Assembly (NCBI GenBank): GCA_028718805.1
Contig: JAQUKY010000002.1
Coordinates: 1,424 to 65,423, forward strand
DNA from: Candidatus Nanoarchaeia archaeon
GTDB taxonomy: Archaea > Nanobdellota > Nanobdellia > Pacearchaeales > GW2011-AR1
DNA: 64,000 nucleotides
Direction: 5' to 3'
This document shows positions 40,729 through 50,668 of this stretch, one piece after another (within the stretch, counting starts at the first letter, position 1; every line of letters starts with the position of its first letter). A program made the position numbers and the translations under genes. The notes under the pieces were generated by a model. That model made no database searches and was not told where the DNA came from. It saw nothing but the letters and a program-made list of their open reading frames with translations.

Positions 40729-41598
40729 TTATCTCACAAGCATGGAGATTTCTTTTGCAAATCTGAGGATTTGCATGACGCCCTTTAATTTTTCCTTATC
40801 TGCTTTTATTCTTTCACATTTTTTATTGAGGATATTTGCCTCTTCCCACAAAGGAAGAGCTTTTTTGAAGTCACTTTGCATGAAATAATTAAAAGATTTT
40901 GAATAATACTCTTCTACGCTTTTTGATATAGGGATAAGCTCTTTGTCAATTTTTTTTATGCTTTCTATAATCTCTCCAATCCTCTGTATTTTCTCAGCAA
41001 CCATTCTCAAATCAAGGGCTCTTGTGAGAGGGATCTGATTCTCGTCTGCAAATTTCCCTTCTGAAAGAAATCTTCTGATTTGCATTACAAGCATGTAATA
41101 AAATCTTGTCATCGTGTCTCTCATCTCTTTCATGCTAGAATAATCTTCAGAAATAGTGTCTTCAAGCATATTTAATGAAAGAAAATACATTCTCTTAAGA
41201 CATTCTTCAATTGACAAGTCTTCTATTCTGAATGACTTTAAAACTATTTTTGATTCTGTCTCCTCAATAATCTGAACATTCATGAACCTTTTGATAAAAG
41301 CATAGATTTTTTCCTTTTCTTTTTTTGAAACTTCTCTTATAATGATAGTTATTTTTTCATTTCCTTCGAAATATTCCTTGAAGAAGAGTCTTTTAAAATT
41401 TTCATCATAAATAATCTCTGTATCTTTGCTTTTTTCAGAGATTGTAAATTCAGGGGCAATTGAAAGCAATCCCTGTTCAGATACCATCATTTTTATCTTT
41501 GAACCCTTTTTTAATTTTAATGAGCGGGTCCAGTCTTTAGGCAGGCTTACAAGCAGGGATTTCCCTATTTCCTGCAGATTTCTTTCTATTATTTTCAT
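40729..41598 (-). CDS. AbrB/SpoVT-domain + PhoU-domain regulator (second copy)
   Basis: SLLVSLPKDWTRSLKLKKGSKIKM, then helical repeats with VAEKIQRIGEIIESI. Confidence 0.65.
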   Translation of the reverse strand: MKIIERNLQEIGKSLLVSLPKDWTRSLKLKKGSKIKMMVSEQGLLSIAPEFTISEKSKDTEIIYDENFKRLFFKEYFEGNEKITIIIREVSKKEKEKIYAFIKRFMNVQIIEETESKIVLKSFRIEDLSIEECLKRMYFLSLNMLEDTISEDYSSMKEMRDTMTRFYYMLVMQIRRFLSEGKFADENQIPLTRALDLRMVAEKIQRIGEIIESIKKIDKELIPISKSVEEYYSKSFNYFMQSDFKKALPLWEEANILNKKCERIKADKEKLKGVMQILRFAKEISMLVR

Positions 41599-41698
41599 AT
41601 AGGTTTTAAAACTCTGAAATTTATAAATCTTTCTAAAGTTTAAACTTCTTTAAAGATTTATAGAAAATGTTTATATTAAATTATAACTTCAGCGTGTT

Positions 41699-41935
41699 AT
41701 GGCAAAGCAAATACAGGAGTTTTTGGGCATGGATGAGAAGAAAGATAAGCCCCAATCAAAGGTTTACTACTTAGATGATATTCTAGACAAAGACCCTACA
41801 TTATACTGCCCTAATTGCGATTCTTGCAAGATACAGCTTTTGCATACCCATAATGAAGATGGTTATGATTATCAGTGCAATAAATGCAAATTTTTGTATG
41901 AGATAATTTTATGTAACCGGGGTGACGATTTTTAA
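41699..41935 (+). CDS. small zinc-ribbon protein
   Basis: 78 aa. CPNCDSC ... CNKCKF. Confidence 0.45.
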   Translation: MAKQIQEFLGMDEKKDKPQSKVYYLDDILDKDPTLYCPNCDSCKIQLLHTHNEDGYDYQCNKCKFLYEIILCNRGDDF

Positions 41936-41948
41936 GACAGGAGGAAAA

Positions 41949-42770
41949 ATGAAAAAAATAGACATACATGTGCACGCAACCAACCGAAAGGTTTTGGGAG
42001 TCTTGCCTAAATCATGTTCTGTAGATTACATAGCCGGAGAAATGAAAAAATATGAAATTGAAAAAAGTGCTGTTTTGGCAAGCTACTTCCCGCATAAAAC
42101 ATCTGGGATTTCAAATTTCAGGCTTTTGCACTGGATAAAAGACAGGCCTGAATTTTATCTTTTTGGTAGTCTGGACTTTAAAAACTACTTTATGCAGGGA
42201 ATGAATGAGCTAAACGAGCTTGCTGAAATGAATCATCTTGATGGAATCAAAATTTATACATGTTATCAGGAAATTGACATTCATTCACCAAAAATGAAAG
42301 AAGTAGTAAAGATTGCAAAAAAATTCAATATCCCGCTGGTTTTTCATTGTGGTTATTCACATTCGTCATTAAGAAAATATGGCAAGCCGGCAATAACTAA
42401 AATGGTTAAGCCAACAGATTTGGAATTTTTAGCCAGAGAAAATCCAGAAGTTAATTTTCTTGCTGCTCACATGGGAAATCCTTTTTTTGGCGATGTAATA
42501 AAAGCTGCAAAAAGAAATCCTAATTTTTATACAGACATGAGCGGGCTTATCTCTTCAAAACACAACAGAAAGGAAATTCCTAAATCAATAGATGCGATAA
42601 AGAAATTTTTACAGGAATCCAGCACAGATAAATTATTATTCGGAACAGATTTTCCGGTTCAGACTCATGAAGATAGCATTTACATGGTGGAAAGTGCCAT
42701 GAAAAATTGTGCTGATTCATGCAAACAAAAAGTCTATTATGACAACGCAAGGAGGTTTTTAAAAAAATGA
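41949..42770 (+). CDS. TIM-barrel metal-dependent amidohydrolase (amidohydrolase-2-like)
   Basis: KIDIHVHA, HCGYS, AAHMGNPFF and LFGTDFP. I prefer the ATG at 41949 after AGGAGG. Confidence 0.65.
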   Translation: MKKIDIHVHATNRKVLGVLPKSCSVDYIAGEMKKYEIEKSAVLASYFPHKTSGISNFRLLHWIKDRPEFYLFGSLDFKNYFMQGMNELNELAEMNHLDGIKIYTCYQEIDIHSPKMKEVVKIAKKFNIPLVFHCGYSHSSLRKYGKPAITKMVKPTDLEFLARENPEVNFLAAHMGNPFFGDVIKAAKRNPNFYTDMSGLISSKHNRKEIPKSIDAIKKFLQESSTDKLLFGTDFPVQTHEDSIYMVESAMKNCADSCKQKVYYDNARRFLKK

Positions 42771-43336
42771 AAGAAAATCAAGATTTGCAGGTTGAGAGAA
42801 TAGGAAATCAGTTGGAGAATTATTCAGTAGCCCTATGCGTAACAGGAGGAATTGCTGCAATAGAATCCCCAAAGATAGCAAGGCATCTAAGAAGATACGG
42901 GGCAGATGTAAAAGTTTATACAACTCCCTTAGCTTTGGATTTTGTTGGAGAAGCTTCTTTACAATGGGGTTCTGGGAATTCTGTTGTAACCAAATTAACA
43001 GGAAATGCTGAGCATATCTGCCTTGAGGATATTGTTCTTGTAGCTCCGGCAACACTGAATACTATAAATAAGATTTTTTTAGGGATAGCTGACAATCCTG
43101 TGACTACCCTGATAGCAAGTGCTTTAGGCAGCAAAATTCCAGTTTATTTAGCTCCCACAATGCACATTTCTCTTTATAACAATCCGATTTTTCAGGAAAA
43201 TCTGCAAAAAGCAGAAAAATATGGATTAAAAATAATTGAGCCTAGATTCGGAGAAAACAAAGCAAAAATAGCAAATACAAGAGCAATAGTGCAGGAGATA
43301 TTAAATTATTTTGGAGAAAAAAATGCCAAAGCTTGA
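42767..43336 (+). CDS. coaC: flavoprotein, phosphopantothenoylcysteine decarboxylase (CoaC)-like
   Basis: ALCVTGGIAAIESPKIARHLRRYGADVKVYTTPLALDFV and VAPATLNTINK. Confidence 0.7.
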   Translation: MKENQDLQVERIGNQLENYSVALCVTGGIAAIESPKIARHLRRYGADVKVYTTPLALDFVGEASLQWGSGNSVVTKLTGNAEHICLEDIVLVAPATLNTINKIFLGIADNPVTTLIASALGSKIPVYLAPTMHISLYNNPIFQENLQKAEKYGLKIIEPRFGENKAKIANTRAIVQEILNYFGEKNAKA

Positions 43337-45302
43337 AGTAATTATAACCAGCGGAGGAACTGTCTCTAAAATAGATGATGTCAGGCATATAGGCAATTTT
43401 AGCAGTGGAACTACTGGTTCATTGATTGCAGAAGAATTTCTCAAAAGCGGGGCAGTTGTGCATTATGTTTACTGCAAAAATGCAAAACGCCCGTTTATAG
43501 AGAAGCTTAAAATAAATGTGACAAAACCAAAAGCACAGGAATTAGAGAGGCTTAGCAATGAATATGACAAATTTAAAAAGTACTGCAATAACCTGCATGA
43601 ATATCCTGTTGAAACCTTTGAAGAATATCATTCTGCTATCAGAAAAATTTTAACAGAAAAACCAATAGATACTGTTGTCTTGGCAGCAGCAGTCAGCGAT
43701 TATAGTGCAGTACCGATTGAAGGGAAAATAAGTTCAGATAAAGAGAATTTAACTATTGAACTTAAAAAAAATCCAAAAATTATTAGTTTAATAAAAGAAT
43801 ACAATCCAAAAGTTTTTCAGGTAGGGTTCAAACTGCTTTCAAGAGCAGGAATTGGAGAATTAATAGACACAGCCTACGCGCATGGATTAAAAAATCATTC
43901 AGACTTAACTGTTGCCAATACGTCAATTGATGGGAATTTTGCTAACCGAAAAATTATTTTCATTACTCCTGAAAAGGGCCTAATCCCTGTGTCAATGAGG
44001 GAATTAGCTCCCAAGCTAGTCGAAATATTGAATACAAGAATTTCAAAACTTCATTACAGAACCGAATTACATCAGAATACTGATTTCTATAAAACCTATG
44101 CTGAACAGATTCAGCTTTTTATGGATAATGTGAAAAAACTTTGGAAGCTTAACCTGTTTGAAAGCTATTTTAAGGACGCTAAATATCATTTTGGAAGCTA
44201 TTCGATAAGACTGCCTGATGGCTTCCTTATTACTGCAAGAAAAAGTGACAAGGAAAATATGCCTCTTGAAGATATAGTTTATGTTTCTCAGGTTGATTTT
44301 TGCGAAAGAAAACTCATCGTGAACTCTGCATTTAAAAAAGCATCTCTGAATGCAAACCTAATTGCAAAAATATTTGCAGAAAGGCCTGATATAAATATGA
44401 TACTTCATGCGCATGTTCAATTGAACTTAGAAAACAAGACAAAAACAGATTTTTCTCCAGGAACACAAGAGGATATAGAAGAAGTAATTCCTTATCTAAA
44501 AGAAAAAAATCTGGTTGAACTAAAAAATCATGGCATAATCTCTTTAGGTAGGAATTTAGATGAAATAATCAGCAGCCTATATGAAAATAATGTCTATACA
44601 CGTAATCCTGAAGTATATGATTTAGTTTACAAAAGATTTCAGGATTCTGATGATTTTATCAATCTCATTTTAAAACAGGCAGGTAAAAATAAGAAAATAC
44701 TTGATTTAGCAGCAGGAACAGGAGAATTAAGCTTGCAGCTTTTAAATAAAGGTTATAAAAATATTTCTTTAGCAGACAGAAGCAAAGGAATGCTGGATAT
44801 TGCTAAAAAAAAGCTGGATCTTCAGACTTACACTCAATCAATGGAGGATCTTAGTCTAAAAGAAAGATATGATTTAATACTTGTCAGGCAGGCTATTAAT
44901 TATCTTATGGACAAAGATGGACTTTTAAAAGCCTTTTCAAAAATTTATAATACTCTGAATCCAAATGGAAAGTTTATCTTCAATTCCTTTAACTATAAAG
45001 GCAGCATTAAGCAGGAATTTGTGCATAATTATGATTACAAAGATTACGATGTAAATGTCAGGGAGATGAATACAATTGAAAATAAATCTGTGATTCATAC
45101 GCAGAATTGTGAGCTGATAAAACTAAATCCTCTGGAAATAAAGAAGATTTATGATATTAATAAATTTAGAATATTCACAAAAGAAGAATTTGAACAAGCA
45201 CTTGTAAAAGCAGGATTTTCAGATACTAGGTTTTTTGGGAAAAACTTAGAGGAATATACCCCAGAATCAAAATCCCTTTATTGTGTAGCCAAAAAGAATT
45301 AG
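43311..45302 (+). CDS. three-domain fusion: phosphopantothenate-cysteine ligase (CoaB, eukaryote-like NFSSG type) + class II aldolase/adducin-like domain + class I SAM methyltransferase
   Basis: aa 1-245: VIITSGGTVSKIDDVRHIGNFSSGTTGSLIAEEFLKSGAVV, AAAVSDY, GKISS. aa ~290-430: SIRLPDGFLITARKSD...ASLNANLIAKIFAERPDINMILHAHV...NHGIISLG. aa ~450-663: ILDLAAGTGELSLQLLNKGYKNISLADRS. An alternative start is at 43323. Confidence 0.65.
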   Translation: MEKKMPKLEVIITSGGTVSKIDDVRHIGNFSSGTTGSLIAEEFLKSGAVVHYVYCKNAKRPFIEKLKINVTKPKAQELERLSNEYDKFKKYCNNLHEYPVETFEEYHSAIRKILTEKPIDTVVLAAAVSDYSAVPIEGKISSDKENLTIELKKNPKIISLIKEYNPKVFQVGFKLLSRAGIGELIDTAYAHGLKNHSDLTVANTSIDGNFANRKIIFITPEKGLIPVSMRELAPKLVEILNTRISKLHYRTELHQNTDFYKTYAEQIQLFMDNVKKLWKLNLFESYFKDAKYHFGSYSIRLPDGFLITARKSDKENMPLEDIVYVSQVDFCERKLIVNSAFKKASLNANLIAKIFAERPDINMILHAHVQLNLENKTKTDFSPGTQEDIEEVIPYLKEKNLVELKNHGIISLGRNLDEIISSLYENNVYTRNPEVYDLVYKRFQDSDDFINLILKQAGKNKKILDLAAGTGELSLQLLNKGYKNISLADRSKGMLDIAKKKLDLQTYTQSMEDLSLKERYDLILVRQAINYLMDKDGLLKAFSKIYNTLNPNGKFIFNSFNYKGSIKQEFVHNYDYKDYDVNVREMNTIENKSVIHTQNCELIKLNPLEIKKIYDINKFRIFTKEEFEQALVKAGFSDTRFFGKNLEEYTPESKSLYCVAKKN

Positions 45303-45431
45303 ATAGTCTCCAAAACCCTTTTATCTAATCTTATTAATATACAAAACCAAAATTATATTTACATTGAAACCTTCAGATGTTATATTTTAGACTAAAACAA
45401 TGCTTTTAAATCTCTTAATAATATTGTTCTT

Positions 45432-45917
45432 ATGATTTTGCAAAATATAGAAGATGTTTTTAAAATTTTAGATTCCGACTGTGAGCAGTGCGGTAACGAT
45501 TTTAGAGAATATCCTGGTTATCAGACAAAATATGATTCAGTAATAAAGAAAGATGGGAAAGCGGTATTCTCTTGCGAAAGAAGATGGCATGGGGTTTATG
45601 AAGCATTTGCAACTTTTGAAACTTCAGAAAAAGATTTTAAGAATTTAGAAGAAGAAATCAAAGAAATAACAAACTGCTTTCCATGGCCTCAAGAAAGTGA
45701 CTCTGATACTTTAAAAGAAGAGAGATTTAGATTATATAACCGACTGAATGCAAAAATTCAGGCTTGTGCGTCATTTGCTCCAAGAGATTTAAAGATTAAA
45801 ATAAATGGGTTTTGTAATTATTGTGGTGATAAAATAAAGATTGCAATAGAAGGCAGTAAAGTTTTGTATGGTTGTTCAGATTGCGCAAGTGTTATTGCAG
45901 ATGCTGCATCAGGTTAA
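45432..45917 (+). CDS. hypothetical Cys-rich (zinc-ribbon) protein
   Basis: 161 aa. CEQCGN ... CNYCGD ... CSDCAS. Confidence 0.4.
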   Translation: MILQNIEDVFKILDSDCEQCGNDFREYPGYQTKYDSVIKKDGKAVFSCERRWHGVYEAFATFETSEKDFKNLEEEIKEITNCFPWPQESDSDTLKEERFRLYNRLNAKIQACASFAPRDLKIKINGFCNYCGDKIKIAIEGSKVLYGCSDCASVIADAASG

Positions 45918-45963
45918 TCAAAACTCACACAAGTTTTAAAACCTTTATCTTCTCATTAAGTTT

Positions 45964-47343
45964 ATGGAAAAATATGTTTACATTGAAACTTATGGATGTT
46001 CTGCAAATAAAAACAATTCAGAAATACTTGCAGGCATTTTGAAGCAGGCAGCTTATGAAATTACCAACAATGAAAAATTAGCAGATATTATCATTTTGAA
46101 CACGTGTGTTGTAAAAAGCAAGACAGAAAGCAAAATAAAAAGAAAAATCCAGGATTTAGCAAAGAAATCAAAGAGAAAACTGGTTATTATCACTGGCTGC
46201 ATGCCAGAAACAGATGCAAAACAAATCAAGCATTTAAATCCAAATGCAATTCTTCTTGGGACTCATCATTTTAAGGATATAATAAATTTAATCAGGAAAC
46301 ACAAAGAAGAAAAGCTCAGCTGGGAAGAGCAAAATAAGTTTTTAGATTTTCAAAAAGAGCAAAAAATAAATCTGCCAAAACTTCCTGATAATAAATTAAT
46401 TTCAATTATCCAAATCAGCGAGGGATGTTTAGGAAACTGTACCTATTGCAAAGCCAGGCTGGCAAAAGGAGCATTATTTTCTTATGATATAAATGATATA
46501 ATTAAATCAATTGAGAGTGATTTGAAGAATGGAGCAAAAGAAATATGGCTCACAAGCCAGGATTGTGCAAATTATGGCATGGATAAAAATTCACTGTCCT
46601 CTCAAAATGCTGAAGACCAAAGCTTAAATGAGAGCAGAGCAAAGCGTTCTATGGATAATAGATATAAAGATAACCAAAGATTACCCGAATTACTTAATAG
46701 AATATTAAGCTTAAATCACAGATTTAAACTCAGATTAGGGATGATGGATCCAAATAATGTCATTTCTATCCTTGATCATCTTATAGATATCTATAAACAT
46801 CCAAAAATGTACAAATTTATTCATATTCCAATACAATCAGCTAGCAATTCTGTTCTCAGACATATGAATCGCTTGTATACTATTGAGCAAGCTGAACAAA
46901 TTATTGAGAAATTCAGAAAAGAATTTCCAGATATTACAATTGCGACAGACATAATTGTAGGTTATCCAACAGAAACAAAGGAAGATCATGAAAAAAACCT
47001 GGATTTTATCAAAAAATTTAGACCCAGTGTATTTAATCTTTCTAAAATGTCAATACACAAAGGAACAGAAGCCTGTAAATTTAAACCTCTCCCAATAAAT
47101 ATTATTAACAAAAGGGCAACTGAGCTAATGGGAGCTCATAGAAAAACAGCACAGGAAAACAAACAAAAATTCCTAAACAAAAACATTAATGTTTTTGTAG
47201 ACATGAAAAGGCAGGGGTTTTATGAAGCAAGAGATGAAAACTATAATATTGTCATACTTGTCGGAGATAAAATTTTAGGAGAAAACGTTAGTGTTAAAAT
47301 AAAAGATGTTGGTGTGCATCATATGTTAGGGGAGATTATTTGA
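45964..47343 (+). CDS. radical-SAM methylthiotransferase, archaeal/eukaryal MtaB (CDKAL1)-like
   Basis: YIETYGCSANKNNSE is the UPF0004 domain. ISEGCLGNCTYCKA is CxxxCxxC. The C-terminus is TRAM-like. It carries a ~30-aa low-complexity insert, SLSSQNAEDQSLNESRAKRSMDNRYKDNQ. Confidence 0.8.
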   Translation: MEKYVYIETYGCSANKNNSEILAGILKQAAYEITNNEKLADIIILNTCVVKSKTESKIKRKIQDLAKKSKRKLVIITGCMPETDAKQIKHLNPNAILLGTHHFKDIINLIRKHKEEKLSWEEQNKFLDFQKEQKINLPKLPDNKLISIIQISEGCLGNCTYCKARLAKGALFSYDINDIIKSIESDLKNGAKEIWLTSQDCANYGMDKNSLSSQNAEDQSLNESRAKRSMDNRYKDNQRLPELLNRILSLNHRFKLRLGMMDPNNVISILDHLIDIYKHPKMYKFIHIPIQSASNSVLRHMNRLYTIEQAEQIIEKFRKEFPDITIATDIIVGYPTETKEDHEKNLDFIKKFRPSVFNLSKMSIHKGTEACKFKPLPINIINKRATELMGAHRKTAQENKQKFLNKNINVFVDMKRQGFYEARDENYNIVILVGDKILGENVSVKIKDVGVHHMLGEII

Positions 47344-47354
47344 TGTTAATTTGA

Positions 47355-47666
47355 TTATTGAACTGCTAGTGTCTCTAATATGCTTTTAACGCCCTCAATC
47401 AATCCTTCTCTATTTCGTGAGAGGTAAGCATCATCTACTATAGAAAATTTATTCATTAAGATAGAATATACAGTTCTTTCTGGGTTGTTGTGATAACCTC
47501 TTTGAAATTTCTTTACAGCAAGATATATGCTATCCATACTTCCTCTGAAATTTATAGGATGAATTTCACCCATGCGAAGACCATGACATATATGTTTTCC
47601 GGTCATTAAAGTATAGAAATCAAATTTACCTATTATAGGCCGGGACTGTATTTTCTTTCTATTCAT
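47355..47666 (-). CDS. hypothetical protein
   Basis: 103-aa ORF with no motif recognised. Confidence 0.4.
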   Translation of the reverse strand: MNRKKIQSRPIIGKFDFYTLMTGKHICHGLRMGEIHPINFRGSMDSIYLAVKKFQRGYHNNPERTVYSILMNKFSIVDDAYLSRNREGLIEGVKSILETLAVQ

Positions 47667-47915
47667 TAAAATAAGAAAAGAGGTTGTGTTTATAATAATT
47701 ATTGTGCTGATTAAGAATCACATAAAAATCAGCCTTAATATGAGCGCAAAGACAGCAGCAAAAATCAGGATTCCTGCAAGACCAAGGGTCATCTTAATAT
47801 TTTCTGTCATTTTAATTCATCTGTTTTAAGTAGTAATTCTATTCTTTAAAAATATTTATGTTTTATAAACTATATTTAGGCTTCAAACATATTTGAAGCT
47901 ATTAGAATTGTTTTT

Positions 47916-47960
47916 GGTAATCTGATAAACGATTTTAAGGTGAGATAGAAAAGATTAAGT
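47916..47960 (+). repeat. intergenic mosaic repeat, module A copy
   Basis: GGTAATCTGATAAACGATTTTAAGGTGAGATAGAAAAGATTAAGT. Confidence 0.7.
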
Positions 47961-48038
47961 TATATTTCAATAGCTTGTTCTTCTCATCCATATCTTATTT
48001 ATTTTTTATTTATTACTAATTAAAGAATAATATTTTAT

Positions 48039-48623
48039 TTAAATCACTTCAGCTTTCTCGATAACAACTTTTTTAAGAGGTTTGTCATTTGCGTCTGTTT
48101 GAACTTTTGCTATTTTATCAACAACGTCCATTCCTTCAACAATTTTCCCAAAAACAGGATGTTTTGAATCAAGAAAATTATTATTTACAGGATTAATAAA
48201 AAACTGGCTCCCCCCTGTATCAGGTCCCGCATTTGCCATTGCTATTGTTCCTCTGTCATTTCTATTGTTGCTTGTAAATTCATCTTTAATAGTATAGCCC
48301 GGACCCCCCATCCCAGTTCCTTGAGGGTCTCCCCCCTGAATCATGAAACCATTAATAACCCTGTGAAAAATGACCCCATTATAAAACCCCTGTTTAACAA
48401 GCTTTTCAAAATTTCCTGCTGTAATAGGCATATTTTTGTCTAACTCAATTATAATATCCCCATAATTAGTAGAAAGTTTTACTTTTGTATTCTCATCACT
48501 TTTTACTGCATTTCCTGTCATATATTTAACTCCGGCAAACCCTATTATTAAAACTATCGCAATTACAAAGGCAGTTATAAGAGTTTTTTTCATGTTTTCA
48601 GATGCTGACATTCTTATTCGCAC
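48039..48623 (-). CDS. cyclophilin-type peptidyl-prolyl isomerase with N-terminal membrane anchor
   Basis: [15 protein letters not shown] and [15 protein letters not shown]. The true start is probably an internal ATG (48611 or 48593, MKKTLITAF...), because the upstream small ORF overlaps 48614-48623. Confidence 0.85.
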   Translation of the reverse strand: MRIRMSASENMKKTLITAFVIAIVLIIGFAGVKYMTGNAVKSDENTKVKLSTNYGDIIIELDKNMPITAGNFEKLVKQGFYNGVIFHRVINGFMIQGGDPQGTGMGGPGYTIKDEFTSNNRNDRGTIAMANAGPDTGGSQFFINPVNNNFLDSKHPVFGKIVEGMDVVDKIAKVQTDANDKPLKKVVIEKAEVI

Positions 48624-48784
48624 TCTTCAGCCTCTTCAACTTCTGCTTCAGCTTTTTCTATATCTTTCACAGCTCTTGTAAGAGGTTCTTGAGCTGGTGC
48701 ACTAGCTTCTTTTGCAGCATCAAAAGTTGCATTTTCTGCCTCTTTTATCTCTTTTTTGGCTTTTTCTAATTTTTTTCTTCCCAT
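48614..48784 (-). CDS. 56-aa acidic helical protein (below the ORF-track cutoff)
   Basis: Hand translation [62 protein letters not shown] lies 7 nt before the ATG. Confidence 0.4.
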   Translation of the reverse strand: MGRKKLEKAKKEIKEAENATFDAAKEASAPAQEPLTRAVKDIEKAEAEVEEAEECE

Positions 48785-49000
48785 TTTTTTACCTCCAACA
48801 AATATTATAATGTGCTGTTTTTAAATGTTTTGTCTCATTTAAGGAGACTCCATAATTCAATTATGCCCGATAACTTTTGTGTAAAAAATGGGATAACCGA
48901 GAACCCTTAATCTTCCCATTTCTAATTAAAAAGGTTTTTAAATACAAATATTCTAATAAAATAACCTGCAGGGAAAGAAGAGTTCTGTGATAAATTTAAA

Positions 49001-49552
49001 ATGGAAGAAGAAAAAATAAATAACCATCGTGATATTCTGCTTTCAAAAGAAGGAAAAAGAATTCAAGATTTCAATGATGTTACTGCAGGAGATATTTTGT
49101 CTATTTTTAGTTTAGAAAATCTCCCACATGGTCCAAATGAAATCAGGTTGTATTATGTAAACTCTATTGAACATGAGCCCAAATTTTTTAATACTCCTAT
49201 GGAACCTTATGTTTCTCTTAAACGACCCCACATTGGGGTTAGATTTTCAAAACCTTCTTTAGAAGATTGTTATGTTCATTTGTCTATTCCTTCTTCAGGA
49301 GACAAGTGTAGGGAGTGTTGGAATCCTAAAGAAGATAAAAAAGAACATGTTTATCTGTTAAAGAGTGGGATTCTTTATGAATGGGGAAAACTTATTCCCA
49401 ATTTTGAATTACCAAATTGGAGTTTTTTATTTCAATCTGGGAAAAGTAGTAGATTAATATCCCTTTGTGAGTCAACCAAAGGTGATTTTGAAAAAGCAAG
49501 AGAAATTTATGAAAAAATAAAAACAGAATTTGAGAAACATACTCGCAAATAA
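49001..49552 (+). CDS. hypothetical protein
   Basis: 183-aa ORF with no motif recognised. Confidence 0.4.
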   Translation: MEEEKINNHRDILLSKEGKRIQDFNDVTAGDILSIFSLENLPHGPNEIRLYYVNSIEHEPKFFNTPMEPYVSLKRPHIGVRFSKPSLEDCYVHLSIPSSGDKCRECWNPKEDKKEHVYLLKSGILYEWGKLIPNFELPNWSFLFQSGKSSRLISLCESTKGDFEKAREIYEKIKTEFEKHTRK

Positions 49553-49781
49553 ATGTTAAAATTAAAAACAAGCCATTCTCGGTTAAATCGCTTATTTTAT
49601 GCTTAGGAATGAGGGTTGTCGGTAATTATTACAGGCAAGACTTATAAATCAAACAGTTATCGGGCGTAATTCCATAATTCATCTGCATCCTTTTTAAATC
49701 CTGGATATGTTCCAGGATACCTAAATTCTATGGCTACTCTCCAATCTCTATTAATCCATTCTTTAAAATATCCCTCTAGAA

Positions 49782-50585
49782 CTAAACCTTCTTAAAACCT
49801 TTCCAGGCAGCTTCGAATAACTGCTCCATTGCCTGGGCAAAGAACTCTGTTGATAGCCAGACAGCTACATCATAATTAGGATGAACCTTGTCATCATCTA
49901 ATACCATAAATAATAATTGTTCACTATCAATGATAGCAAATCTTGCCCTTACTTCTCCTGTATCCCTGACTTCAGCAACCTTGCCTAAGTCTTTTGCAAA
50001 CTGCCTGTTGCTTTCATTGACTTTAGCAGCAATTCTTATTTTAACTCCTCTTTTCTTTGCTTTTTCCAAAGAAGGCAATAAAGCGTCTAGTTTCCTGTTC
50101 AGACCGGCAGCAGTTGTGACAATAGTAATAGTACTTTCTGCCTCTCTTATCATCATATCTAAATGATTATAAACATTCTGCCTTCCCCTCAAACTTCCTG
50201 ATAAATCACTTGGTTCAACAAATTTAACTCCTGTAGTAAACAATGTATTAAGTTCATCTAAAACCTCTTCTCCTTTTAATCTCTCAAGTCTCTTGCTTCT
50301 TTCGTCAGCATCTTTTACTAAATTCTTTTTAACCCTTTCAATAACTTCTTCTGGTTTTAAGGCAACGAACTTAATTGGCTTGCCTAATTTCATCACTATA
50401 AATCCTTTCTTTTCTAAGGTCTCTAAAATATCATAAGTTCTGCTCCTCGGAACATCAGAAATATTGCTTAATTCACCTGCAGTGCTTACTCCCCGTGAAA
50501 GAAGGGCAGTCCAGACTCTTACCTCATATAAATTGAGGTCGAATATCTTTCTCAGCCTGCTCAAAAACTCCTCTTTGACAATCAT
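49782..50585 (-). CDS. TrmB-family transcriptional regulator
   Basis: LYEVRVWTALLSRGVSTAGELSNISDVPRSRTYDILETLEKKGFIV. Confidence 0.75.
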   Translation of the reverse strand: MIVKEEFLSRLRKIFDLNLYEVRVWTALLSRGVSTAGELSNISDVPRSRTYDILETLEKKGFIVMKLGKPIKFVALKPEEVIERVKKNLVKDADERSKRLERLKGEEVLDELNTLFTTGVKFVEPSDLSGSLRGRQNVYNHLDMMIREAESTITIVTTAAGLNRKLDALLPSLEKAKKRGVKIRIAAKVNESNRQFAKDLGKVAEVRDTGEVRARFAIIDSEQLLFMVLDDDKVHPNYDVAVWLSTEFFAQAMEQLFEAAWKGFKKV

Positions 50586-50616
50586 ATTATTTGAATTGTT
50601 TTTACTTAATATTTTA

Positions 50617-50633
50617 AAATACTTTTAGTATTT
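50617..50633 (-). promoter_or_regulatory. palindrome AAATACT-TTT-AGTATTT upstream of a trmB-family gene
   Basis: Perfect 7+3+7 inverted repeat, 32-48 nt upstream of ATG 50585 (minus strand). Confidence 0.4.
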
Positions 50634-50668
50634 AAATGTTTTTGTTATTTGAAAATGGTATATAGGAA

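Noticed and set aside
49660-49790. About 40-codon open frame on the minus strand downstream of the TrmB gene (..LEGYFKEWINRDWRVAIEFRYPGTYPGFKKDADELWNYAR)
   Set aside because: It looks protein-like but has no ATG, GTG or TTG start after the preceding stop. It may be a gene fragment, and there is not enough evidence to call it.
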